DNA of 64,000 bases from Promethearchaeota archaeon. Its GTDB lineage: Archaea > Asgardarchaeota > Lokiarchaeia > Sigyniarchaeales > SOKP01. Shown piece by piece: positions 20,199 to 30,676 of this stretch. Numbering within the stretch: position 1 is the first letter of the stretch; every line of letters starts with the position of its first letter. Position numbers and translations under genes: made by a program. The stretch lies in contig JBHLOC010000009.1 of the NCBI GenBank assembly GCA_048940925.1, positions 45,867 to 109,866 on the forward strand, written 5' to 3'. The notes under the pieces were generated by a model. The model ran no database searches and was not told the DNA's origin. It worked only from the letters and a program-made list of their open reading frames with translations.

Positions 20199-21476
20199 AT
20201 GAAAAAATCGCAGAAAAGATCTTTAAAGCCTAATTTAAAAAAATTCAAAAATAAAATTCCAAGATTAAAACCTGATTCTAAAAAAATAGTTAGCAAAATA
20301 TCAGGCTTAAAAAATAATACTTATAGAATCTTAAAACAAATTAAGAAAGAGTTTAGGCTTTTATGGACAGATAAATTCAATTTATTTCTAGCAATTGTGA
20401 TGCCTCCTTTAATAATTATATTGTTAGGTTTTACAATGACAGATGTCCCTCAAGAAGCACATGCACTTCCCTGTATAGTAATATCTTATGATTCTAATAC
20501 ATTTATCAATCAAAATGACTTTACAGAATCAAAATTAGATAATTATACTATGCCTTACGTGGAAGCTGTGAATAAGTCAAAAATGCTTGATTTAGTTCGA
20601 TTTTATAATGCAACAGAAGAGATTTATGCTATGGAAGAGGCTAGAAATGAATTATTAGCAGGAACTATCAATGTTATCATATCATTACCTATTGATTTTA
20701 CTGAGTTCCTAGAATGGGGGTTACCTGGTTTGATTGATTGTGTTCCTGATTCCTCAAATATTCAATATATTCAACAAAACCTTAATTCAGTCTATGACTC
20801 AATCAAAATATTCATACATGACAATAATCTTACTCCACAATTTATAGTTCGAGGTTTTGAAGAATTTACCATACCTAAGAGATATAGCAGAAATTTCAAC
20901 ACTAGTATGATTATGGCTCTCTCTTTTATGGTTTTTGGTATTGCTTTAGTTTTATCTATTTTAGTAATTGTCCAAGAGAAACCAATAGCACGACTCTTAC
21001 TTACACCTATAAAGAGAACAGATATTTTGCTTTCTAAATATATAACTTATACTCTTGTATTGTTATTTCAGGTTACTCTTTTAATAATCAGTAGCTTATC
21101 TATGGGCTTATATATAGCTGGTACTGTTGCAGACTTATTTCTGGCTTTATTTATGATAGGATTTTCTGGATTAACTATGGGTGTCTTTATTAGTTCACAG
21201 AGTAAAACAAAAACTCAGGCTAACCAATTATTTCTTGCGATTTTTCTTGTTGCTGTTTTATTAAGTGGTATATTCATTCCTATTGAAAATATGCCTCCAT
21301 ATTTACAGGTTATTGCATACATTCTGCCATTATCTCATGGAGATCCGTTAATTCGTGGAATACTTCAAAAAGGTCAGTCTATATTAGGACTCCACTTCTT
21401 TTGGTTATTAGCAATTAGTGTAGTGTTAATAGGGTTTACATTTATAATATTTAAAAGAAGAAAATATGAGGTGTAG
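20199..21476 (+). CDS. ABC-2 type exporter permease
   Basis: KEFRLLWTDK, RLLLTPIKRTDILLSK, LSGIFIPIENMP. Confidence 0.88.
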   Translation: MKKSQKRSLKPNLKKFKNKIPRLKPDSKKIVSKISGLKNNTYRILKQIKKEFRLLWTDKFNLFLAIVMPPLIIILLGFTMTDVPQEAHALPCIVISYDSNTFINQNDFTESKLDNYTMPYVEAVNKSKMLDLVRFYNATEEIYAMEEARNELLAGTINVIISLPIDFTEFLEWGLPGLIDCVPDSSNIQYIQQNLNSVYDSIKIFIHDNNLTPQFIVRGFEEFTIPKRYSRNFNTSMIMALSFMVFGIALVLSILVIVQEKPIARLLLTPIKRTDILLSKYITYTLVLLFQVTLLIISSLSMGLYIAGTVADLFLALFMIGFSGLTMGVFISSQSKTKTQANQLFLAIFLVAVLLSGIFIPIENMPPYLQVIAYILPLSHGDPLIRGILQKGQSILGLHFFWLLAISVVLIGFTFIIFKRRKYEV

Positions 21477-21509
21477 AAAAAAATAAGTAAAATAAAATCA
21501 AAGAAAAGA

Positions 21510-22502
21510 ATGGTTGACGTAAATAATTTAAATGTAAAATTTGGTGAAAAACATGTTGTTCATGATGTTTCCTTTGTTGTCAATGAGGGAGAGATAATCG
21601 GACTTTTTGGAATCTCAGGAGCTGGAAAAACAACTATAGTAAGAGTCATGACTTGTCAAATCGAAAAAAAGAATTGGAATGGAATGGTTAAGGTAACCGG
21701 GTTATCTCCTGAAAAGAAAAGAAACCATGCTCAGATTCTTAGCAATATTGGATATGTTCCCCAACTCGAATTATTGAATTTATATTTTGAATTAGATCCA
21801 ATGGTAAATGTAGAAGTCTTTACCTCTACATATGGAATGAATAAACAAAAAGCAAAAGAAACTGCAGAAAGGTTATTTAAAATTCTTGACATCCCTGAAG
21901 ACACTTGGAATAAGAGTGTTAAACGGATGAGTGGGGGAGAAAAAAAGCGGTTATCAATGGCTATCGGACTAATTCATAACCCCGATGTTCTATTTCTTGA
22001 TGAGCCAACAACGGGGGTTGATGCTTCAAAACGCTATGACATTTTAAGTTATTTAAAGAAATTAAACCAGAAATTGAATACAACAATGTTTATAATTACT
22101 CATGATTTGGAAGCCGCTTTAATATGTGATAAAGCTGCTATTTTAAGGGAAGGAAGACTATTAGAGTTTGATACTCCCCAAAACTTAATTTCATCTTTGC
22201 CAAGTGAAGGATTAATAGCAAGATTTACTATTGAAAATTTAAATGAAAGGATAATCGAATTTATTAGAAACTTTCCACCGATTAGAAGAATTATTAGGGT
22301 TGGAAATGAAGCAATTGAAGTTCTTATGGGGGATTTTGAAGAAAATCTTCCAAAATTAATTCAATATATGATTGAAAATAATATAATAGTTAAATCAATG
22401 AGTAAAGATACTGCTACTTTTCGAAGATATTTTCAAATACGGATTCAGCAGGAAGAAGAAAAAGAAGAAAATGCGGAAAAAGTAAGGGTGATTAAAAAAT
22501 AA
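21510..22502 (+). CDS. ABC transporter ATP-binding protein
   Basis: Walker A GISGAGKTT, signature MSGGEKKR, Walker B LFLDEPT, H-loop ITHD. Confidence 0.93.
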   Translation: MVDVNNLNVKFGEKHVVHDVSFVVNEGEIIGLFGISGAGKTTIVRVMTCQIEKKNWNGMVKVTGLSPEKKRNHAQILSNIGYVPQLELLNLYFELDPMVNVEVFTSTYGMNKQKAKETAERLFKILDIPEDTWNKSVKRMSGGEKKRLSMAIGLIHNPDVLFLDEPTTGVDASKRYDILSYLKKLNQKLNTTMFIITHDLEAALICDKAAILREGRLLEFDTPQNLISSLPSEGLIARFTIENLNERIIEFIRNFPPIRRIIRVGNEAIEVLMGDFEENLPKLIQYMIENNIIVKSMSKDTATFRRYFQIRIQQEEEKEENAEKVRVIKK

Positions 22503-22528
22503 TAACACTGAGCCGTAAAAACAAACGA

Positions 22529-25500
22529 TTGCTGAAAATCATTTTAGTGCTGGTTATTATAGTTGGCATTCCTAGCCTTGCTTTAATTTTAGTGAATATT
22601 CGCTATATATCATATATAGATGAAGATGAGGTTCATTCTATAAAAGATAATGCTGCATTTTTTGCATGGAGCCATCAAAATGACGAGGGGTTATTTATTG
22701 AGCCTAAATTAGAACAAAATTTTAGAGCAATTGACTCGATAAACTTCTCTATTGCTGTGGAATATTTTTCCAATTTGGTAAATCCTAACAATATTTCAAA
22801 TGAATATGTAAGGAAATTAAGACCAAATATCTTTTTTGATTATATATTTGAAAAGCAAAACTATGATGGATCATATTCTGATTTTGGAGGACTTGGTAGT
22901 ATGATCTCTACGCATCAAGCAATAAAAACTATTGAAATTGCCAATAAATCATATTTGAATCGTAAGATTCAACAAAATAAAACAGAGAATATTGTAAATT
23001 ATTTAAATAATTCCTTGAAAGAAAATGGAGAAGGATTCAAGTCAATATCCTACTTGAATGAGTCTGATATAATTTCTACTTCTTGTGCAATTGAGTTAGC
23101 AAATACTTTGAATGCGGGTTTTGTTCTCAAGAATCCAAACATTTCTAAATATATTAATGCTACTTGGCTTAGTGGTAGCTATAAATTGACGGATGATGAT
23201 TTGAGTATAGCTACAACAGAAACCACATATTATGGAATAAAGGCATTCTTAGGTATGAATATGACATATACAACTTTAGAGCGAACAGCAATTCAGATAT
23301 ATTTTAGCTCACTTTATAACATTATAGAAGGGGGATTTTCGAATATTCCTGGTGGGAGTTCTACAGTAGAATCAACATATTATGTATTATCCTCATTAAA
23401 CTCATTAAATCTATCATTTCCTTTCTTTGATGAAAATAAAACCTTAGAATTTATTATTAATTGTTCTAACTCAGATGGAGGTTTTGGTTCACGTCCGGGA
23501 TCAGAATATGCTTCAGATTTTACGCCTGGATGGGCTGCAATAAAATCAATTGAGATCCTTAATAAAGAAAACTTAATAAATAATTTTGACACAATTAAGA
23601 AGATATTAAGATATTATGAATGGCTTCATATGTTTCAAGGGAAAAATGCTTTATTTGGTCGTACTACAATTGAAGCTAATTTTTATGGAGTATCAGCTCT
23701 TTACAAGTATAATAAGGTATATATTGACGAAGATTTTATTACAAAAGATACCTTAGAGCATATTTTGCTCTTTGTTGACCAATGTTATAATCAATATGAA
23801 GGTGGTTTTGCATCCACTCCAGGAGAAAACGCAACTCTATATGCAACCTATTGTGGGGTGAATATTTACAATATGCTTTATCCCTCTACTAACAAAATGT
23901 TGGATGAATTTAAAATTGGGAATATAACAAATTATTTGGTTGAGCTCCAGAATTCTGATGGTGGTTTTAAGATCGGGGGTGACGTGGATGTATTATTATC
24001 AATGTATGGTCCATTTCATCAAGTTTTCTTGTATTTTATTAATTCCAACATTTCTACTATGGAAAGCACATATTGGGGGTTATATTCTCTTAATATTCTT
24101 GATGGATTAGCTTTAATTGATAATGTTAATCTGACTCATTGGTTGAGATCATGTCAGAATCCTGATGGAGGATTTTCGATATTTGTGGGATTTCATAGTG
24201 ATGTGATTTCAACTTATTTTGCATTAGAGATATTTTCAAAATTATTAAATTCTGAACCAATGTCAAAAATAGATTCAATCAAATTTCTGAAAAACGCACA
24301 GACTTCTGATGGCTCATTTTCAGTTTTACCTGCCCTTGGAGCCTATTTAGGATTGCCCTCAACATTTTTAGTAACTTATTTTGGTTCAAAAGGTCTTTAT
24401 GATTATAGATTTCAACCAGAAAATATTAGAAATACTTTGAATTGGTTTACTGAATGTATAAGTTCAAATACAGGAGGGGTTGGAGACAATCCAGGATTTG
24501 GAGGAGATCTAAGAAATACTGCTAACGGCATTATTATCATAGATGAATTACAATATGATCGGAGTTTTGATTCTAAACCATGGACTCAGTTATTAATCTA
24601 TATTTTATTTATAGAAGCTGCGGGAATTGCTTTATTTATCATCTTCAAATTGTACCAAAGACTTTCAATTCCTCAGAGAATTAAATTTTTATTAGGAATT
24701 GGTGGAAAACTTAATAGAGCTTATTTAGAAAAATATCCAGCTATTAATTGTGAAAATCTAAGTGTCTTTGCAGGGGGGAAATTAATAGTGGATTCAGTTT
24801 CTATGAATGTAGAGCATGGAAAAATATTAGGAATTTTAGGAGAGAGTGGAGCTGGTAAATCCACTTTCATTAAAGGTTTACTGGGTATGAGAAAAATTAT
24901 AGGTTTTTGTCAAATTTATGGAATGGATATGAATAGAAGAATATCAAGAAGAATCAGACCTATCTATGGTTACGTTCCTCAGGATTTAGGTAAAATATAT
25001 CACAATTTTACTACGCTGGAAAACTTATTATACTTTGGAAATCAATATGGGCTTACCGAGAAAGAAATAATAAGTAAATCTAAAAGAATTTTGCGTAGCT
25101 TAGAAATTGAAGATAAAATGAATGAATTAGTCAAAAATTTATCAGGAGGACAAAAAAGACGTGTTAGTATCGCTATTGGGTTAATTCATTCACCAATGTT
25201 CTTGATATGTGACGAGCCGACCTCGGGTCTTGATCCTGTGGTCAGGGAACATCTATGGCTAGTATTAACAAAGATTAATGAACAGTTTAACACCACATTA
25301 GTAGTTATAACACATTATCCGGAAGAATCAAGATTTTGTAATCTTGTTGCAATATTTGGTCGAAAACGCGGAATGATAGATTTTGGAGAGCCCAAAATGC
25401 TTTTAGGTAATTTACCAGGAAAAGGCAGATCAATTGAAATAGTATTTACCGATATACAAGAGAATATGATAGAAAGACTTGAGGCGATTGATGGAATCGA

Positions 25501-25690
25501 TAAAGTTTTAGAAAACAAAGCAGGTACAGATTTTTCAATATTTACTAATTTAAATATTGATAATCTGGTTGATAAAATTGAAGAAGAGATAGGGAAAGGT
25601 TTAATTAAAGAAATAAATCAAATTGATTCTAAAATGGAACAATATTTCCGCTATAAAGCAATGGAGGTGCCTAAAGTTGAAGAACTCTAG
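22529..25690 (+). CDS. Fusion: TM + prenyltransferase/squalene-cyclase repeat barrel + TM + ABC ATPase
   Basis: Repeated QNxDGGF-type motifs (QNYDGSY, CSNSDGGF, QNSDGGF, CQNPDGGF, QTSDGSF) between two TM helices. Intact GESGAGKST, LSGGQ, DEPTSGLD and ITH. Confidence 0.85.
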   Translation: MLKIILVLVIIVGIPSLALILVNIRYISYIDEDEVHSIKDNAAFFAWSHQNDEGLFIEPKLEQNFRAIDSINFSIAVEYFSNLVNPNNISNEYVRKLRPNIFFDYIFEKQNYDGSYSDFGGLGSMISTHQAIKTIEIANKSYLNRKIQQNKTENIVNYLNNSLKENGEGFKSISYLNESDIISTSCAIELANTLNAGFVLKNPNISKYINATWLSGSYKLTDDDLSIATTETTYYGIKAFLGMNMTYTTLERTAIQIYFSSLYNIIEGGFSNIPGGSSTVESTYYVLSSLNSLNLSFPFFDENKTLEFIINCSNSDGGFGSRPGSEYASDFTPGWAAIKSIEILNKENLINNFDTIKKILRYYEWLHMFQGKNALFGRTTIEANFYGVSALYKYNKVYIDEDFITKDTLEHILLFVDQCYNQYEGGFASTPGENATLYATYCGVNIYNMLYPSTNKMLDEFKIGNITNYLVELQNSDGGFKIGGDVDVLLSMYGPFHQVFLYFINSNISTMESTYWGLYSLNILDGLALIDNVNLTHWLRSCQNPDGGFSIFVGFHSDVISTYFALEIFSKLLNSEPMSKIDSIKFLKNAQTSDGSFSVLPALGAYLGLPSTFLVTYFGSKGLYDYRFQPENIRNTLNWFTECISSNTGGVGDNPGFGGDLRNTANGIIIIDELQYDRSFDSKPWTQLLIYILFIEAAGIALFIIFKLYQRLSIPQRIKFLLGIGGKLNRAYLEKYPAINCENLSVFAGGKLIVDSVSMNVEHGKILGILGESGAGKSTFIKGLLGMRKIIGFCQIYGMDMNRRISRRIRPIYGYVPQDLGKIYHNFTTLENLLYFGNQYGLTEKEIISKSKRILRSLEIEDKMNELVKNLSGGQKRRVSIAIGLIHSPMFLICDEPTSGLDPVVREHLWLVLTKINEQFNTTLVVITHYPEESRFCNLVAIFGRKRGMIDFGEPKMLLGNLPGKGRSIEIVFTDIQENMIERLEAIDGIDKVLENKAGTDFSIFTNLNIDNLVDKIEEEIGKGLIKEINQIDSKMEQYFRYKAMEVPKVEEL

Positions 25691-27422
25691 TGCTTTAAAA
25701 AGAGCTAAATTATTAAAAGAACATCGCAATATTGAATTGGAGCGCCTAAGATTAAAAATTTTAGACGCGATTAGGTTTTCCAGACGTTTTTGGATGACGT
25801 ATAGAGAAAATACTTTTGGTATCGCATCAATTTTGAACTTGATTTATAAAAAATCATTTTTTGAAGTATTATTTTTTACCAATAAAGATGTTATGGAAAA
25901 AGGGGTGCCACTATTAAAAATCTATACCCCAATAGAAGATGAAATTGATTTTAATGAACTTATTGTAGAACCTGATTTTGATGATGATGGTCTCGTTAGT
26001 CCAAGTAAAATTATCGGCCGTATGAGGAAATTAATTCGAAGAGAATTTCAAAAACATCTAGCTCTTCTAGACAATGAGGCGAATTTAATTGATGAAAGAT
26101 TTGAAAATTATATTATCGATAATAATCCCTATCATAGAGAGATAAGAATATCTTATCCCTATTTTGTTATAGAACTAAAGGTAAATTTTGAAAATTATCC
26201 CCTTGTCCCGTCATTGACATTTTCAAAAACCCTTTTAAAAGTTTTAAAAGAAAGAGAATTAAACGAAGAAGAAATTATTAAAAGTTGGAATGAAGTAAAT
26301 CCACCCCATATTTATCAATTAATCGAAAAATTATGTGAACTTGTATCAAGACGTCTTAAAATTGATCAACTAAATGAAGATTCTCAATATTTAGTCATAA
26401 ACAACCTATCTATTGATGAAAGTATTAAGAATGTTTCATTTAAAATCCATAAAGGCAAATCAATAGGGATCATTTTTGAAGATGAACACTTGAAGAATGT
26501 CAGTCATGATTATGATATTTTAAATTTGTTTCAAGTTATTTCTGGTAGTTATTCTGATTTCTCTGGAACTGTTGAAATATTTGGAATACCTATTCAATCA
26601 TTAGGTAAAAAGGAAAAAAAGAGTATTTTTATTTTACCTCAAGCATATGAATCGAAAATCCTAAATATGAAAATTAAGAAGGCAATCCATTATGGTATAG
26701 ATATTAAAGAAATTATTAAACAGAAAAAATCTATTATAAACCAAATTTTAAAACAAGCAGGAATTACACCTAAATTAGATGAAGTTATGAGTGATTTATT
26801 TGCAAAAGCAGTGATGAGAATGATTTTCAAAAAAAGAGCTTTTATTAATAGTGCTTTAGAAGATACAGGATTATTAAATAAAAAAAATAAAAAATTTTCA
26901 AGAGTAACACAATTAGAATTTCTCTTATTTTCAATTGGAAGAGCTTTACTTCAATCACCCTCCATAATTATGTTTTTAATACCATTAATAATTTTAGATC
27001 GACTTGAATATGAAAAATTTAATAATTATATAGAGAAAATTAAAAAAGAATTCCGTGTGATCCTATTATTTCATGGTCCTGAAGGAATAGTATCCAATTG
27101 TGATCAGATATTGACTATTAGGAAAGATGAATCTAAAATTGGAACATATAATAGATTAATAGAAGAATTACCTCAATCAGGAGAGATAATAACAATTGAA
27201 TTGAATAACCCTGATCGAAATTTGATAAAAAAACTTTTTAAATTTGAGGAAATAGCTAAAATCAAAGAAGAAAGAAAGAATGAAAAATATAAATTATTTT
27301 TAAAGTCTGACCCAAATAAGATGGTAATTCGAATAATAGAATTATTTGGGCAATATCTCTATAGTTTTAAAAGACATAAAGCCTCTTTGGGGGATTATTT
27401 GGAATTTTTTGAAGGTACATAA
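25677..27422 (+). CDS. UBC/RWD-like domain fused to a degenerate ABC ATPase-like domain
   Basis: TTG start after GGAGGTG. ELKVNFENYPLVPSLTF...SWNEVNPPHIYQLIEKL is UBC/RWD-like. The ABC scaffold remains (NVSFKIHKGKSIGI, IGRALLQSPSII) but Walker A, signature and Walker B are lost. Confidence 0.6.
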   Translation: MKNSSALKRAKLLKEHRNIELERLRLKILDAIRFSRRFWMTYRENTFGIASILNLIYKKSFFEVLFFTNKDVMEKGVPLLKIYTPIEDEIDFNELIVEPDFDDDGLVSPSKIIGRMRKLIRREFQKHLALLDNEANLIDERFENYIIDNNPYHREIRISYPYFVIELKVNFENYPLVPSLTFSKTLLKVLKERELNEEEIIKSWNEVNPPHIYQLIEKLCELVSRRLKIDQLNEDSQYLVINNLSIDESIKNVSFKIHKGKSIGIIFEDEHLKNVSHDYDILNLFQVISGSYSDFSGTVEIFGIPIQSLGKKEKKSIFILPQAYESKILNMKIKKAIHYGIDIKEIIKQKKSIINQILKQAGITPKLDEVMSDLFAKAVMRMIFKKRAFINSALEDTGLLNKKNKKFSRVTQLEFLLFSIGRALLQSPSIIMFLIPLIILDRLEYEKFNNYIEKIKKEFRVILLFHGPEGIVSNCDQILTIRKDESKIGTYNRLIEELPQSGEIITIELNNPDRNLIKKLFKFEEIAKIKEERKNEKYKLFLKSDPNKMVIRIIELFGQYLYSFKRHKASLGDYLEFFEGT

Positions 27423-27459
27423 AAATTAAATAGAAATTATATAAAAAAAGTTATGAATT

Positions 27460-28263
27460 ATGATAAAAAGTTTATATATCTTGGATGAGAATGGAATCTT
27501 ACTATATTCCAAAAATTACATGGAAAAAAATTATGATCAAAATATATTAATTGGTTTTTTCTCATCAATATCTAATTTTAGTAGAGAAGCATTGGGGACT
27601 ATAGTAAGAAATGTTGATCTAGGGGAGAATAATAAACTTATTTTAGTACCAAATATAGAAGAGAGAATTCTGGGAGCCGCTATAGTAAGTGCTAATGATA
27701 ATAACGCACTTGTTAGACTCATACTTACTAATATTTTGCAAGATTTTATCGATACATTTTCACCTGATTATGATCCGGATCTAATTTTCCCTGAAGATAT
27801 GGATACGATTATTAATAATAATTTGAAAAGGAAAACCATGCTATCCCCAAGGATAAGATTAATATTATCTTGGTCGATCGCAGGGCCTTTATCTTACTTT
27901 TTGATTTTATTAAGTATAAATGTAACCTATTTTATTTACGATCTTTTTCGATTAAATAGATTCATTAATCCTGACCAATTGTTTACAAGATTTATGCCCT
28001 ATTTAATATTATTATCTACAGCAAATATAATTATTTTATTTTTGCTACCAAATTTAATTTTAGGATTTTTAGCTTCAACTTGGAGAATTGCTCTTTTAAA
28101 CTCTTTCATCTACTTTGCTATAACTATTACGCTATATTTTTATTCAGTAGCACCTAATTTCGCATACATTATTGTTGGGCATTTACCACTAACCTTAATA
28201 TTTTCCCTGTTTTTTCTTTTTGTTGGTATGAGGTATTCATCGAAGAAATTCTTAAAGGACTAA
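27460..28263 (+). CDS. Longin-domain membrane protein (about 4 TM)
   Basis: MIKSLYILDENGILLYSKNY...LIGFFSSISNFSRE is an Asgard longin pattern, followed by hydrophobic helices. Confidence 0.75.
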   Translation: MIKSLYILDENGILLYSKNYMEKNYDQNILIGFFSSISNFSREALGTIVRNVDLGENNKLILVPNIEERILGAAIVSANDNNALVRLILTNILQDFIDTFSPDYDPDLIFPEDMDTIINNNLKRKTMLSPRIRLILSWSIAGPLSYFLILLSINVTYFIYDLFRLNRFINPDQLFTRFMPYLILLSTANIIILFLLPNLILGFLASTWRIALLNSFIYFAITITLYFYSVAPNFAYIIVGHLPLTLIFSLFFLFVGMRYSSKKFLKD

Positions 28264-28359
28264 TTGTTTAATAGTTCTTTTTATTTTATTATAAGTTTAA
28301 ATAATACAATTTAGAAGTACTACTAATACTTAATTTAAGCCTATTAATTCAGAATTATA

Positions 28360-28899
28360 ATGGTTGTTTATTGTAAAACCAATAAAGTCCAGATAGTTTG
28401 TCCAATCTGCAATACAAGAGATATTATTGGTATTCCAGAAAGAGAAATAAAAAAGAATAACCATTTAACCACGGTTTCAATCCATAAAGGATTATTATGT
28501 CCTCATCATTTTCAAGTCTTTGTAGATAAGAATTTTCAAATTCGTGGATACCAAAAAGTAGATTTTGAACTAAATCAAGAAAATTCAATAAAATTAAGAA
28601 ATGGCGTAAAAGCTTTCAATAATAAAGAAAAAGATAATTCAAATTCATTTGAAGAAATATCTCTTGAAGGTAATAATATTAACTATTATCCCCTAAATAA
28701 CATTAATAGTAGAGAGGATAATGATTTAGACCAAAAAACTAAAAATAGCAATAAGCAAATGAGTTTAAGAGAAATTTATGAAGAATTCTGGGAATTTATT
28801 GATGATGATAATAAAATATTTCGAAAGTTTATTATAAAAGATAAAAAACGAAGAGAAACTTCAAAATATCTTGATTTCCACAAATTATTAATCGCTTAG
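28360..28899 (+). CDS. Hypothetical protein with zinc-ribbon-like domain
   Basis: CPIC...CPHHFQVFVDKNFQIRGYQKVD. Confidence 0.65.
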   Translation: MVVYCKTNKVQIVCPICNTRDIIGIPEREIKKNNHLTTVSIHKGLLCPHHFQVFVDKNFQIRGYQKVDFELNQENSIKLRNGVKAFNNKEKDNSNSFEEISLEGNNINYYPLNNINSREDNDLDQKTKNSNKQMSLREIYEEFWEFIDDDNKIFRKFIIKDKKRRETSKYLDFHKLLIA

Positions 28900-29074
28900 A
28901 AATAAAGCAATAAATTTGATTTAATATATATTAAATCTGCTTCTTTTAGCTGAGTCGTTATTGTAAAAATTTAGTCCTAAACCTTTTAAATATGATCTAT
29001 AATTATAGTTTTATTGAGTATTTATGTATATTTTGCATAAATAAAAAGAAATCTATAAAAATGAGTGAAACTGT

Positions 29075-30436
29075 ATGAAAAAGATAATTAAAACAGAAAA
29101 TATAACTTTAACAACTATTCTTCTTCTTTGTATATGTTTATTTACACTAAATAGATTTATTAAGGTTAATCCTACTGAAACTTCAATTCAAGAGGATAGA
29201 TTAAAGATTAGCGCTTTGCCTTTAGAAAATTATAGTATGACTCCAGGAACTCCATATAATTGGATAGACGCTTCGGGTGGAACAGAGTTAGTTTTAGCTG
29301 ATGATGGTTATGCTACAATATTATTACCCTTTACTTTTACTTTTTATAATCAAACGTTTTCAACAGTATATTTAAGTGCAAATGGATATCTTAGTTTTAC
29401 AGATACTACACCTGATTATTTTGATAATATTCCATTTCCCACAGATTATCCATACTTTACATATATGGTTGCCCCATTTTGGGATGATATATACCCCCCA
29501 GATGGAGGTCATATCTATGTTCAATCATTTGGTACTTATTGGGTGGCTGAATGGTTAGATATTTATCATATTGACGGACCCATACTAGGATCATTTGAAG
29601 TAGTTTTATATGAAACAGGTCAAATCCAGTTTAACTATGATTATATTGATTATATTGAACCCTATAGTGGTTATACATGTGGTTTAAATTTAGGAGAGAA
29701 CATAGATTATTATAATACATATCTTGGTTTAGACAATTCAACTGATGATTTTTCAATTCTTTTCAATCCTGAAAGTATAAACGTTATTACTCCTGATAAA
29801 TCTAGTGTATGGGAAGTCTTCACTGTAGAGCAAATCATTTGGAGCTCAACAAGCAATGTTTCAAATGTAAAAATTGAACTTTATAAAAAAGGTGTATTTG
29901 AAAGGGAAATTGCTGCAAATATAGCTAGTATTGGTGTATATTCTTGGAATATATCCTCCGGTTTGAATGATTCTGACCAATATCAAATAAAAATCTCTGA
30001 CGCTTCTAACCCTTTAACTTATGATTATTCCCCAAATTTCGAAATATTCAATCCAACTTTCACAATTATTACTCCTAACAGTTCCAGTCTTTGGGTAACC
30101 GATAAACCTCAAGAGATTAATTGGACATCAAGAGGTACTATTCCAAAAGTAAAAATCGAGCTTTATAAAGAAGATATTTTTGAAATGGAAATAGCTCGAG
30201 GTCTAACTAACAACGGTAAGCTTATTTGGGTAGTTCCTAAAGGGCTTCAAACATCTGAAAAATATCAGGTAAAAATCATAGATGATTCCAATCCTTCTGT
30301 TTTCAGTTTTAGTGATTATTTCAAGATAAAGAAAGCTACAAGTGCAATTCCAGGATACTCAGTGTTTGTATTGATAGGCTTAGTTGGCATAATCTCAGTA
30401 ATACTGTTTAAAAAAAGATTAAAATTAATAAAATAA
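29075..30436 (+). CDS. Cell-surface protein: nidogen-like domain + two Ig-like repeats + Loki-CTERM tail
   Basis: Signal/TM; LPFTFTFY...SANGYLSF...APFWDD; two ITP..W....I.W.S...VKIELYK repeats; AIPGY + TM + KKR. Confidence 0.8.
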   Translation: MKKIIKTENITLTTILLLCICLFTLNRFIKVNPTETSIQEDRLKISALPLENYSMTPGTPYNWIDASGGTELVLADDGYATILLPFTFTFYNQTFSTVYLSANGYLSFTDTTPDYFDNIPFPTDYPYFTYMVAPFWDDIYPPDGGHIYVQSFGTYWVAEWLDIYHIDGPILGSFEVVLYETGQIQFNYDYIDYIEPYSGYTCGLNLGENIDYYNTYLGLDNSTDDFSILFNPESINVITPDKSSVWEVFTVEQIIWSSTSNVSNVKIELYKKGVFEREIAANIASIGVYSWNISSGLNDSDQYQIKISDASNPLTYDYSPNFEIFNPTFTIITPNSSSLWVTDKPQEINWTSRGTIPKVKIELYKEDIFEMEIARGLTNNGKLIWVVPKGLQTSEKYQVKIIDDSNPSVFSFSDYFKIKKATSAIPGYSVFVLIGLVGIISVILFKKRLKLIK

Positions 30437-30440
30437 ATCC

Positions 30441-30451
30441 CTTTTTTTTTT
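30441..30451 (+). terminator. Poly-T archaeal terminator
   Basis: Long T run immediately after the stop codon of 29075..30436. Confidence 0.5.
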
Positions 30452-30676
30452 ATTTCTATATATAATATACCTATTTCAGAAGTAGAGTTCCTTTATATTG
30501 ATATTTTGAGAAAAACTAAAGTTATATTTTTATATTGCAGTATTTTTCAAAATTGTTTTAACTCTTATCTTTTATTCAGTAACCACATATTTGTTATAAG
30601 AAAAATTCATCTCACGTTTGAATAAAATATGAGAAAATTTAATATTCTGTACTTAATTTTCCCAAATATCAAATAT

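Noticed and set aside
25623-25676. ORF-track start of the dead-ATPase gene
   Set aside because: It overlaps the upstream gene by 68 nt; TTG 25677 behind GGAGGTG is more plausible.
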